The notes under the pieces are model-generated. The model was not told the origin of the DNA, did no database searches, and worked only from the letters and a program-made list of their open reading frames with translations. Below are positions 51,101 to 62,118 of a stretch of DNA of 64,000 bases, one piece after another. The stretch comes from Squalus acanthias (lineage: Eukaryota): assembly GCA_030390025.1 (NCBI GenBank), contig CM059432.1, positions 89,778,001 through 89,842,000 of the forward strand, written 5' to 3'. Made by a program: the position numbers and the translations under genes. How positions within the stretch are numbered: position 1 is the first letter of the stretch; each line of letters opens with the position of its first letter.

Positions 51101-52923
51101 CTACTTTTTGCCCTTCGAGGGTGATCTCCTTCCCTTGCGCACTTCCCCCCTTCTAACCCTACTGCTCCTCCGTAATGGGACCTCAGTGGCTGCAGCAAGG
51201 CTGGTGGAAGGCTGCTGCTCGTCAGACCCTGACACTGCAGATGCCCCTGAAGGACGGCCTCGACCACTTCTGGGCCTGGAGGGCCCGGCTGCAGACTGCA
51301 CCAACTCTGCATGGGCGGCAGCAGTCTGTCCTACAGGCGGTGGCAAGTGCAGTGGAGAAGTGACAGTGTTGGCAGCAGGAATGCTGTCATCGTGCGAGAG
51401 GACAGCAACTCCCTGCTCGCCCGACACACTGGCACTCCCACGGGGCAGCACTTCAGCATCCGGAGCAATCTGCCGGAGAACAGATTGCTGGCCTGCTGCG
51501 GCGCGGTGACAGCCCCGGGGACATGTGCACGAACCATCGAGTTTGGCAGCAGTCTGTGCTCGCGTGGCCTCCATCTGAGTCTGTATGAGAGCAGTCAGAG
51601 GTGGGATCACGGCAGCCAGTGACTGAATTGCAGCACTAAGCGTTAGTGTGGCATCCGCCTGTGCTACAGCGAAGTGCTCCACACTCCTTGCCAGTGACTC
51701 AATGCATTCGGGCACCCTTCCCACTGCACCCATGAGCTCAGTGTGCATGCACACCGCCTGGGTGTTCATTTCTGCAATCAGCCGCTCCTCCTCTGCCTCC
51801 ATTGCAGTAGGAGTGTCTGGCATACTCTCCCTCTGGGGAGAAGGCCCCCGTTCTTCCCTACCCCCCCCATGGCGTTGCTGCAGCCCGCTGGGTCCTGGAG
51901 CTTCACCATCATCAGCCCCTTCCCCCCTGCTCCCCTCCGGGGAAGGCGTGTTCCCAGTGTGGGCATGGGCTTCCTCGGGAGAGGGTGGCACTGATGCTCT
52001 GGCTTCCTCTTCCTCCTCAGCTGCAGCATCACTCCCAGTGGCAGCTTCAGGGCCCGTCTCCTCAGCTGGTGAATCACCATCTGAAAGCAGGGAGGTACAA
52101 GAGTGGCTTTAGCGTGAGGACAGGGTGGCAGTAAGGGAGGAATAAGTGCAGTGAGTTAGCAAGTTGGATTGAAAGTGTCAAAGGCTGGTATTGTGAGGGA
52201 CAAGTGGAAGGACAGAGGACAAAAAGGTGATGACCTTACCATTGCTGTCCACAACGGGGTCGGCGTCTCCAGTGGCGACGGGACCGATCACCCGGCTTGC
52301 CACAATCCTGTGGACGCGCTCCTCCAGATCACTGAGGGGTTGCAGCTGAAGCCGGCCTCCACCTGTCCGTTGCTGCTGTCTCCTATTATGAGCCAGCTTA
52401 GCCTGCAAGAAAAAGGACAGCATCTGAGTAAATATACAGCCATGGTCTTGCCTGATGTGCCTCCCATAGATGAATAGCCCTTACAATATACAGCCATGGT
52501 CTTGCCTGATGTGCCTCCCATAGGTGAATAGCCCTTACTGTATGCAAAGTGTGGAATGTGTGTGTGTGTTTGATGAAAGGGCCATAGGTGTTGGATGAGT
52601 GTTGTGCATTGGGGTTTTAAGACCCTCTGGCCTTAGAGTGAGGTTGAGATGGAGGGATGGAGAGGTATTGAGAAAAAGCCACTCACCCTGACGACCCGAG
52701 TGAGGTCGTTGAACTTTTTGCGGCATTGAGTATGGGTCCTGGGCACCATGCTCCTGGAGGAGACGCTCTGAGCCACCTCCCTCCACACTCTTCTGAACTC
52801 GCGTGGCAAAGGCCTCCTGCCACTCTCCGGGAACAGCATGCATCATCTGCGCTCCACTGCGTCAACCAGAGCATCCAAGGCCCGCTCGGTGAAGCGATGA
52901 GCGCGTTCTCTCACCCTCTCCAT
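51101..52923 (-). pseudogene. Harbinger B Myb/SANT-like gene (exons 52923-52687, 52402-52240, 52080-51101; 459 aa), single premature TGA
   Basis: GT-AG junctions keep the frame (237+163+980 nt). Protein MERVRERAHRFTERALDALVDAVERR*CMLFP...VWREVAQSV...QCRKKFNDLTR with basic C-terminus containing GRGRP. The only lesion seen is TGA at 52843-52845. Confidence 0.92.
52431..52538 (+). repeat. 54-bp tandem duplication in Myb intron 1
   Basis: Two units starting AATATACAGCCATGGTCTTGCC at 52431 and 52485, differing by 1 nt. Confidence 0.95.
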
Positions 52924-54012
52924 GCTTGGCAGCAAAATGGATTCACAGGTCTCTCCAGACTGAGATTCAAGGCTGCAATGAGCAGGGTGTGGCTGGGGAG
53001 CAAGTGGCCCCCCCCCGCTTTAAGAACTGGCCGGCGCCAGTGTGTCTGTGTTCCCTCGCTAACTGGCAGCAGCTGCACTGCGCTCGCGCACTGAGTTAGT
53101 GCCTCACCCCTTGGCCTTTGCGCCTTAAGACAGGTGTGCAGCGCCTGCTTTAGCGCTCCACTCACCTCCCGGGGCGGTAAAAGTGAAGTTTCCTGTCAGT
53201 GCCGATAATTAGCGGCAGGCGCTAATATTTGCGTCCAGACGATATTTGCGCCCCAAATGGGGCACGACCTAATTTTTACCCCTAAGAGTAGCAATGGCAG
53301 CCTGTCTGCAGACCCTCCTAAAGAAACCCGCAATCAGACTTGGACAGCAGATACAATAAAGCTCATGACTCCACCTGAATTCTTCTGGAATACATTACCT
53401 GCACACTCAAGCCAAGATCTAGGGTTCTGACAAAGTCTCCAAAATCATTTATGTCAGCTGCATATTTCAAAATTTTGTCATTGAGTAAGCAGTATGGAGC
53501 AAAAGGACAATGAGGTGCAGCTACAGCCCTTGGAAGAAGCAGAAGAAGAAAAGGTAGAAATGACTGAATGTGATATATAGGCAGGGAGACACATGCATCA
53601 ATGAGTGATAGACAGGACTTTCACCTAAGTCTGTGGTGCAAATCCTGCATATACAGTCCTAACCTACTGGGCACAATACAGTGACTCTATGCCACCATGC
53701 CCTCTATGACAATCAACTGTAACTAAATTATTATAAATGGCCATTAACCAATTGCACGTTACCTAATATGCCCCTTTTTGAAAGACATCTCAGTACTACA
53801 CTGAAATAAGTGCAACTAGCTTAATTTCTCCAGTAATGGTGTGTGTATGTGATTACTGTTCATTTCCCAGTGCTAACCTTTTGGTGACAGTGTAGTGTGT
53901 GTCTTCTGCTAGCTAATCCAGTGTTGCTTCTAAGTGCTATTTTAGTGTGAGAAGTAGGTTTAGTGACAGCCTGCTGCTCGTCAATGGGGGCCTCATGAGA
54001 TGACTTTGAATT

Positions 54013-55230
54013 TAAGAACATAAGAACATAAGAAATAGGAGCAGGAATAGGCCACTTGGCCCCTCGAGCCTGCTCCACCATTCAATAAGATCATGGCTGA
54101 TCTTGGGCTCAAAACCACTTCCCAGCCCGCTCCCCATAACCCTTCACTCCCTTATCTTGCAAAAATTTGTCTATCTTCACTTTAAATGTATTTAATGACC
54201 CAGACTCCACAGCTCTCTGGGGCAGAGAATTCCACAAATTTACGACCCTCTGAGAGAAGAAGTTCCTCCTCATCTCAGTTCTAAAAGGGCGACCCTTTAT
54301 TCTGAGACTGTGCCCCCGAGTTCTAGATTTCCCCTTGAGGGGAAACATCCTCTCTGCATCTACCCTGTCAAGACCCCTCAGTATTTTATATGTTTCGATA
54401 AGATCACCTCTCATTCTTCTAAATTCCAATGAGTATAGGCCCAGCCTGCTCAACCTTTCCTCATAAGTCAAACCCCTCATCTCTGGAATTAACCTAGTGA
54501 ATCGTCTCTGAACTGCCTCTAATGCAAGTATATCCTTCCTTAAATAAGGAGACCAAAACTGTACGCAGTACTCAAGGTGTGGTCTCACCAATACCTTGTA
54601 CAGTTGTAGCAGGACTTCCCTGCTTTTATACTCCAACCCCCTTGAAATAAAGGCCAACATTCCATTTGCCTTTTTGATTACTTGCTGTACCTGCAGGCTA
54701 ACTTTTTGTGTTTCATGCACAAGGACCCTCAGGTCCCTCTGAACTGTAGCATTTTGTAATCTCTCTCCATTTAAATAATAGTTTGCTTTTTTATTTTTCC
54801 TGCCAAAGTGGATAACCTTGCACTTTCCCACATTATACTCCATCTGCCAAATGTTTGCCCACTCACCTAGCCTGTCTATATCCCTTTGCAGATTCTTGAG
54901 TCCTCTGCACAACTTGCTTTCCCACCCATCTTTGTATCATCCGCAAACTTGGCTACATTACACTCGATCCCTTCATCCAAGTCATTAATGTAGATTGTAA
55001 ATAGTTGGGGCCCCAGCACCGATCCTTGTGGCACCCCACTAGTTACCGTTTGCCAACCAGAAAATGACCCATTTATCCCGACTCTCTGCTTTCTGTTAGT
55101 TAGCCAATTCTCTATCCATGCTAATATATTACCCCCAACTCCATGAGCTCTTATCTTATGCAGTAACCTTTTATGTGGCACCTTATCGAATGCCTTCTTG
55201 AAATCCAAATACACCACATCCACTGGCTCA
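54013..55230 (-). mobile_element. 5'-truncated CR1 LINE (RT C-terminal half, one frameshift)
   Basis: YLDFKKAFDKVPH, GVPQGSVLGP, KFADDTK, RPHLEYCVQFW; frameshift at ~54900; (TTCTTATG)n tail. Confidence 0.96.
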
Positions 55231-56043
55231 CCCAGTGTACATCTTTGTGCTGAATCATGAGATGACCTTCTGCCAGCACTTTATATTCCATGCTAGCTGA
55301 CTTCTCTTGCCTGCTACTTGGTACTTCCTAAATGCTTTGAGAATGTGTTGGATGGATATGGATATGGTGCCACTGTGAGAGGTACCTGCCTCTTCCATTC
55401 TTCCTCTGCCTTGTCCTGGGTGCTGGGTATTCCTTTCAGATGACCAGAGACCTATGTGAAAACAAATCATTGGTCATGACTGACGAATGTGAAATTTGCC
55501 ATCAAGGTTCTCTCAATCTAATCCCCTAGCCTTCCCAATGAGAACTTTCTGTAAAATTGGGCCTGAGGTCTCCATAGCCACAGTCGCAGCATTTGTGAGA
55601 GAAATGGCATCTGAACTTTGAACCTCTGTCCTTGGGAAGCTTCCCTGCAGATGCCTGTGGAGTTACCACTCGCTCCATGGTGAATGGCAGATTTCAGAAT
55701 TCCCTCATGCACTGTTCCAGTGATATCAGAGCTGCATTTCGGCAGAGTCTCTGACTTACTGCACAAGATGCTCTGCACATTCTCAAAAGACTGCAGAAAA
55801 TGCTTTTGCTCATTAATGAGCTCCCCTCTATAGACAGCCCCTGCAACAAAGGAATGTCTGGCCCTGCGTTTCCATTCAACCGGTTCCAGATCCTCTGCTT
55901 CCCCTCCCTTTGGTCTCCTCCCTTGTGCTGTGTACTTCACCAGGTACTTCCTCCTGAATCTGACTATGTGAATCTCCTGAGGTGGATGTATCTAAACTAT
56001 TGCTTGCATGATCAAGACAGTGTGACTAGTATTTCTGAGATGA

Positions 56044-56228
56044 TAGCAAAATACTGCGGATGCTGGAAATCTGAAATAACAACAGAAAACGCTGGAAAAA
56101 CTCAGCAGGCCAGGCAGCATCCGTGGAGAGAGAAAGAGAGTTAACGTTTCAGGTCGATGACCTTTCGTCATCGACCTGAAACGTTAACTCTCTTTCTCTC
56201 TCCACGGATGCTGCCTGGCCTGCTGAGT
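56044..56228. mobile_element. Penelope-like pLTR insertion in inverted (fold-back) arrangement
   Basis: Perfect 62-bp inverted repeat 56100-56161 / 56167-56228, flanked by a 16-bp direct repeat AGTATTTCTGAGATGA (56028-56043 and 56226-56241). Hammerhead-like TGACGAAAGGTCATCGACCTGAAACGTTAACT on the minus strand. Confidence 0.8.
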
Positions 56229-56850
56229 ATTTCTGAGATGAACCTGGTTCCTCCTCCATTCTAATGCCATGGTGCCTGTATAGAATGGCTGGGCACAGAA
56301 TCTCATTAATAATACATTGAGTGCCTTGCTGCTTTTATGCAGAATTAGGATGGATCTTTCTTCTTGAGTGAACACGTTTGAAGGGGAGCAAGAAGATTAA
56401 GGAAAAGAGGACACTTGCCATGTTGGACTGACACCAAGCCACCAAGCTCTCTCTCATACTCCCTTAATTGTTTCCATCCCTCTGGACTGCCTCCTCATGA
56501 TGATTGAGTTTCTTCAGGTTAGCAGAGCCACCAGCAGTCCTTGTTCTGCCCCAATAGTGTGAACAGCTTTCTCCTTTGATCCTAGCAAAACATGCATCTG
56601 TTAACATTTTGAAGAGTATAAAATGTCACTCCGGTGTCCAGCCTACATTTCAACTTACATGATTGCATGGCAAAGCAGTATGCAAGTAGTTTCTGGTGCC
56701 AGTGTGATTTGCTGCCACAACATTCAAAAGTCATGTGTGATATACTGTGAACATTTCTGGTCTCCATGTTATAAAAAGGATATAGAGGTACTGGAGAAGG
56801 TACAAAAAAGATTTACTAGGATGATACCAGAACTGAGAGGTTCCTATCAG

Positions 56851-57320
56851 TGTCAGCCAATGGCTCAGTTGGTAGCACCCTCGCCTCAGAAGGTTGTGGG
56901 TTCAAGTCCCACTCCAGAGACTTGAGCATAAAAAATCTAGGCTGACACTCCAGTGCAGTACTGAGGGAGTGCTGCACTGTCAGAGGTGCAGTCTTTCGGA
57001 TGAGACGTTTAACCGAGGCCCCATCTGCTCTCTCAGGTGGACGTAAAAGATCCCGTGGCACTATTTCAAAGAAGAGCAGGGGAGTTATCCCCAGTGTCCT
57101 GGCCAATATTTATCCCTCAATGAACATCACTAAAAAATTCAGATTATCTGGTCATTATCACATTGCTGTTTGTGGGAGCTTGCTGTGCGCAAATTGGCTG
57201 CCACGTTTCCTACATTACAACAGTGACTACACTTCAAAAAGTATTTCATTGGCTGTAAATTGCTTTGGGACGCCCAGTGGTCATGAAAGGCGCTATGTAA
57301 ATGCAAGTCTTTCTTTCTTT
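56851..57320 (+). mobile_element. Full-length tRNA-derived DeuSINE (SacSINE1-like)
   Basis: Box A TGGCTCAGTTGG, box B GGTTCAAGTCC, Deu-domain-like GGATGAGACG...AAAGATCCC.TGGCACT...GTGTCCTGGCCAA, (CTTT)n tail, and CTATCAG TSD (56844-56850 and 57321-57327). Confidence 0.92.
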
Positions 57321-57644
57321 CTATCAGGAAAGATTGAACAGGCTGGGACACTTTTCTCTGGAAAAGAGAAGACTGAGAGGTAACCTGATAGAGGTGTAAA
57401 GATTATGAAAGGGTTTGATAGGGTAGACAAAGAGAAGATGTTTCTACTTGTGGGGGAGACCAGAACTAGGGGCTATAAATATAAGTTAGTCACTAATAAA
57501 TCCAATAGGGAATTCAAGAGAAACTTCTTTACCCAGAGAGTGGTTAGAATGTGGAACTTGCTACCACAAGGAGAAGTTGAGGTAACCTCCATAGATGCAT
57601 TTAAGGGGAAGCTAGATGAACACATGAGGGAGAAAGGAATAGAA

Positions 57645-59227
57645 GTCCCTGGGTCCTGATGGACTTCATCCTAGGGTCTTAAAAGAAGTGGCTAGTGAGA
57701 TAGTTGATGCGTTGGTTTTAATTTTCCAAAATTCCCTAGATTCGGGGAAGGTTCCATTAGATTGGAAAATAGTGAATGTAACTCCTTTATTCAAAAAGGG
57801 AGGGAGACAGAAAGCAGGAAATTACAGGCCAGTTAGCTTAACATCTGTCATAGGGAAGATGTTGGAAGCTATTATTAAAGACGTTATAGCAGTGCATTTA
57901 GAAAAGTTCAAAGTAATCAGGCAGAGTCAACATGGTTTTGTGCAAGGGAAATCATGTTTAACCAATTTATTGGAGTTCTTTGAGGAAGTAACATGTGCTG
58001 TGGATAAAGTGGAACCGGTGGATGTACTGTACTTAGATTTCCAGAAGGCATTTGATAAGGTGCCACATCAAAGGTTATTGCGGAAAATAAAAGCTCATGG
58101 TGTAGGGGGTAACATATTGGCATGGATAGAAGATTGGCTAGCTAACAGGAAACAGAGAGTAGGCATAAATGGGTCATTTTCTGATTGGCAAGATGTAACA
58201 AGTGGTGTGCCACAGGGATCAGTGCTGGGGCCTCAACTTTTTACAATTTATATAAATGACTTGGATGAAGGGACCGAAGGTATGGTTGCTAAATTTGCTG
58301 ATAACATAAAGATAGGTAGGAAAGTAAATTGTGAAGAGGACATAAGGAGGCTACAAAGGGATATAGATAAGTTAAGTGAGTGGGCAAAGATCTGGCAAAT
58401 GGAGTATAATGTGGGAAAATGTGAAGTTGTCCATTTTGGCAGGAAGAATAAAAAAGAAGCATATTATCTAAATGGTGAGAGATTGCAGAGCTCTGAGATG
58501 CAGAGGGATCTGGGTGTCCTAGTGCATGAATCACAAAAGGTTATTATGCAGGTACAGCAAGTAATTAGGAAAGCTAATAGAATGTTATTGTTTATTGCGA
58601 GGGGAATTGAATACAAAAGTAGGGAGGTTATGCTTCAGTTATACAGGGCATTGGTGAGACCACATCTGGAGTACTGTGTACAGTATTGGTCTCCTTATTT
58701 AAGGAAGGATGTAAATGCATTGGAAGCAGTTCAGAGAAGGTTTACTAGACTAATACCTGGAATGGGCGGGTTGTCTTATGAGGAAAGGTTGGACAGGCTA
58801 GGCTTGTATCCACTGGAGTTTAGAAGAATAAGAGGTGACTTGATTGAAACATATAAGATCCTGAGGGGTCTGGACAGGGTGGATGTGGAGAGGATGTTTC
58901 CTTTTGTGGGAGAATCTAGAACTAGGGGTCACTGTTTAAAAATAAGGGGTCGCCCATTTAAGACAGAGATGAGGAGAAATTTTTTCTCACAGAGGGTCGT
59001 GAGTCTTTGGAACTCTCTTCCTCAGAGGGCGGTGGAAGCAGAGTCTTTGAATATTTTTAAGGCAGCGGTAGATAGATTCTTGGTAAGGAATGGGGTGAAA
59101 AGTTACCGGGGGTAGGCGGGAATGTGGAGTAATCAGATCAGCCGTGATCTTATTGAATGGCGGAGCAGGCTCGAAGGGCCGAATGGCCTACTCCTGCTCC
59201 TAATTCGTATGTTCGTATGTTCGTATG
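57645..59227 (+). mobile_element. Young 5'-truncated CR1 LINE; open RT frame 57688-59115
   Basis: GPDGLHPRVLKE, NYRPVSLTS, QHGF, YLDFQKAFDKV, GVPQGSVLGP, KFADNIK (D>N); (TTCGTATG)n tail; no endonuclease domain. Confidence 0.96.
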
Positions 59228-60089
59228 ATATGTTGATGGGCTGGATAAAGAAGGGTGGAAAGAGGCTTGTATGGGGCATAAACACAGGCATGGACCTGCC
59301 GAATGGCCTGTTTCTGTGCTGTAAATACTGTGTAATACTATGTAACATTAAAAGTGTTTTTAGTGTCAGCTACAAAGTTCAACCTGCAACATTATGAACA
59401 TGGAAGTGCAGGTGCTAAAGATCTGAAAGATTGTGTTAGTGTTTCCCAAGCTCCTTCACTTATATTATACCATGTTAAGAGCACAGTGATTATGTCACGC
59501 ATGTTATGGCCTGAGACTTAATTAGAGTTGGCATACTTTGGCTGACTTTATTTTAGCATTCTTCCTCAGACCAAATAACTCTCTTTTCTCATTTGCTCCC
59601 ATGGTTTATGGGTGTGGGAGACAGCATTAACTTAATCTGCCATCTTTCTGACATACCTGTTGCATATTATGGTGCAGAAGAGGGTACCCCTCAGCCCCAC
59701 ATATGGATAGCCTCCTCTTCTGCACCTCTGTCAGAAGAACATTCAAACTGTCTCACTCATAGATGGCAGCTCTGGTCACATTCCCTTTCACCATAGATTG
59801 CTGACCTGGGAGACTTGTTGCCGCCAAAGTAATAAGTTTTTCAAGTGGAAGCAGCAGCTGCTGTTCTCCAGATATCACACTCCCTACCAATCATAGCTTG
59901 TGAAAATCGTGCAATGAGTATATACTAATTATGGTCATTAGCTGACCTCGCTGAATCCGGTGAAGTCAACTGGTTACGCCAGTTGACTGAAGTCCCACAA
60001 CAGTGCAGCTATTCCAATACAATCACTGCATCAGTTCTATAATACCCAGTACTGTTTCATAAAAAGGGAGAGATAAGAAAGGAAGTAAA

Positions 60090-60310
60090 ATCAAGAGTGA
60101 GAAAAATACATTTGGTCCATTGAAGCCCATCCTTCTAATACCCTAACTCTCAAGATCGCATCTAATTGTATTTTGAACAATTCCAATGTTTTTGCATCTA
60201 CTCTCTTGCCTGTCAGATTATTCCAAATATTTATTACTCTTTGAGTAAGGAAGTGTTTCCTGATATCTGTTTAATCATTTTTCACTAATTTCCATTTATT
60301 CCCTTGTGCT
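60090..60310 (-). mobile_element. Decayed CR1 3' fragment
   Basis: Minus strand gives RKHFLTQRVINIWNNL-like coding followed by a 3' UTR. Confidence 0.65.
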
Positions 60311-61074
60311 ACAATGTCCGAAGGAGGTACAAGTTGTAAAAAGTGTTTTTTTTTATCAAGTCAAATTGCTTAAATGCAATTATGCAATGTGCAATCCTTG
60401 GTTAGAAGCATTTTTTCACCTTGATTTCAATTACATTTTGATTTGTTTTAACAAAAATCTCTACATGCAAATTCCAGACAGATAGAAATTAAAAAGTAAG
60501 ATTTATATGTAATCATTGAGTAATGCCCATTTATATGCATATCAAATATTTTCCTTTAAATACAAACATCAGGCTGGGAGCAATCCCTTAAATATAACAG
60601 CAGTACATGTTGATATTCCCTACCTGACTTTCAATGCTGGACATGTACAAATAATACCATGTTATAAAAAGAATGACTTTGATAATCATTTATCAAGCAT
60701 CATTTTTGCTATCATTGTTTCAGTTTTTATGTGCGACCCTTTAAACAAGCTTACCTTGCCCAAGCTGCTTATATGCAAATTTGGATATATGCATTTTCCA
60801 GATCCTAAGCATTTGCATGTAAGAGGATTTAGTCATGTGTTCAAAACACTTACCAACATACACACTTAGATTGGTTGGGGGTTGGGGGAGAAATTACAGC
60901 TTCCATTTAAACCAAGTATATTGCTGATATGCTGAGTGACTGGGAGGAAGTATTTAATCTTTGCTCCCCAGGGCAAGTGATGAGAGCCCCTAGTCCATAT
61001 AGTATGTGCTTCAGACTGTTACTCTTCCATTGAGAGCCTACAACTACTTGAACTAATCAGGATACAAAAGCATG

Positions 61075-61160
61075 AATGCACCACCACCCTCTCAGGGCAA
61101 CTAGGGATGGGAGATAAATGCAGCCTTGCTAATGTTGCCCACATCCCAAGAACAATTTTT
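61075..61160 (+). mobile_element. 3' tail of the LINE family seen at 8928-10547
   Basis: CACCACCACCCTCTCAGGGCAACTAGGGATGGGAGATAAATGC...GCCCACATCCCA matches the reverse complement of 8940-9017. Confidence 0.8.
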
Positions 61161-62118
61161 TTAAGTCTTCCAGTCCTTGATATGGCTATCAAAAATGTTA
61201 CCAACAGTAGATTAAGTTTCCATTTGCCAGAGGGAGTCACTATCGTTGCAGCTAATATATTTGGTAAAGTGTCACAAATGAAAAAAATAAATTACTCCTG
61301 ATAATTTTCCATGTTAATTTTAAAAGGTAGGATTTTCAATTTAACTTTGGATTTTTCTTCATGTAAAAAAAATTCTTGTTTGTTAGTTCAGTTTCTTAAT
61401 AGTTGCATGATTTAAAATATTATGGGGTAGATTTTGTGCCTTCATGGGTATCATTGATAAATGAGAACTCGAAGGGGATGTGGGAAAAGACAGCAAGGAA
61501 GCCCTTCACTTGCCATTGAGGGAAATATTAAAATGGTATTTTATTCATAGTTTAAGGCCTTTATAATTTGCTCCTGTAATACATTTTGTATTCAAGGTTC
61601 TCCTTTGTTACCTTTATGTATTTATGTCTTAGATAAATAAATCTTTTTGCCTCAAAAAATTCCAAACTATAAAAAGATATTTATGAAAACATCAGGAATT
61701 TTAATGTTGAATTACAAATATATTGAGTGCATAAAATTATACTTTTAATAGATGACTGGAAATAAGCTACAAGGCAATAATTCAATTGAGCCATTTTGAT
61801 GATATCATAAATTGAAAAATGAAAGCTTGAACAACTTATAAATGTCAGCAGATTCTGGGTTGGATCTTCCTCCATGGCTGGAAGTGTATTGAAACTGCGC
61901 TTCCATCCGCCAGCGTGGTCTGATTGCATTTTCTTGGGTATGGTCAACTTTAATATTGAGCGCATATTCCATGTGTTATCTGTACCCTTTCTACAGAGCT
62001 TACCTTTCAGGGGGAGAAAGGATTCAAGGTGCTGTTGCAGTATTTAAATTGCTGCAGTATTGTGAAGGGGTAGGCCAGTAATTAGCCAAGGAATTGAATT
62101 ACAGAGAGCAAAGGAAAC

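Larger units (their letters stand above)
49150..53282 (+). mobile_element. Full-length PIF/Harbinger transposon B (4133 bp)
   Basis: Perfect 12-bp TIRs GGGGTAAAAATT / AATTTTTACCCC, perfect TAA TSD (49147-49149 and 53283-53285), and CpG-rich subtermini with GCGCTAA/TTAGCGC repeats. Confidence 0.97.
56735..59345 (+). mobile_element. Older CR1 3' fragment split by a SINE and a younger CR1
   Basis: YCEHFWSPCYKKDIEVLEKVQKRFTRMIPELRG to 56850, resuming 57321-57644 (FKGKLDEHMREKGIE), with its 3' UTR at 59228-59345. Confidence 0.85.
48420..59770. mobile_element. Ancient Harbinger fragmented by nested insertions
   Basis: Transposase relics on + (48420-49149: ALNFYATGFFQ, SKRFPF/VQLV, YPGSSHD; resuming 53283-53630 with an acidic tail). 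Myb relics on - (C-terminal DEQQ...LRS 53860-54010; exon 3 55500-55970; exon 1 LNVLLTEVQKRRLSICG ~59540-59770). Confidence 0.65.

Noticed and set aside
56851..56920. tRNA gene
   Set aside because: Box A/B head of a SINE with a deleted anticodon region, followed by SINE body, tail and TSD.
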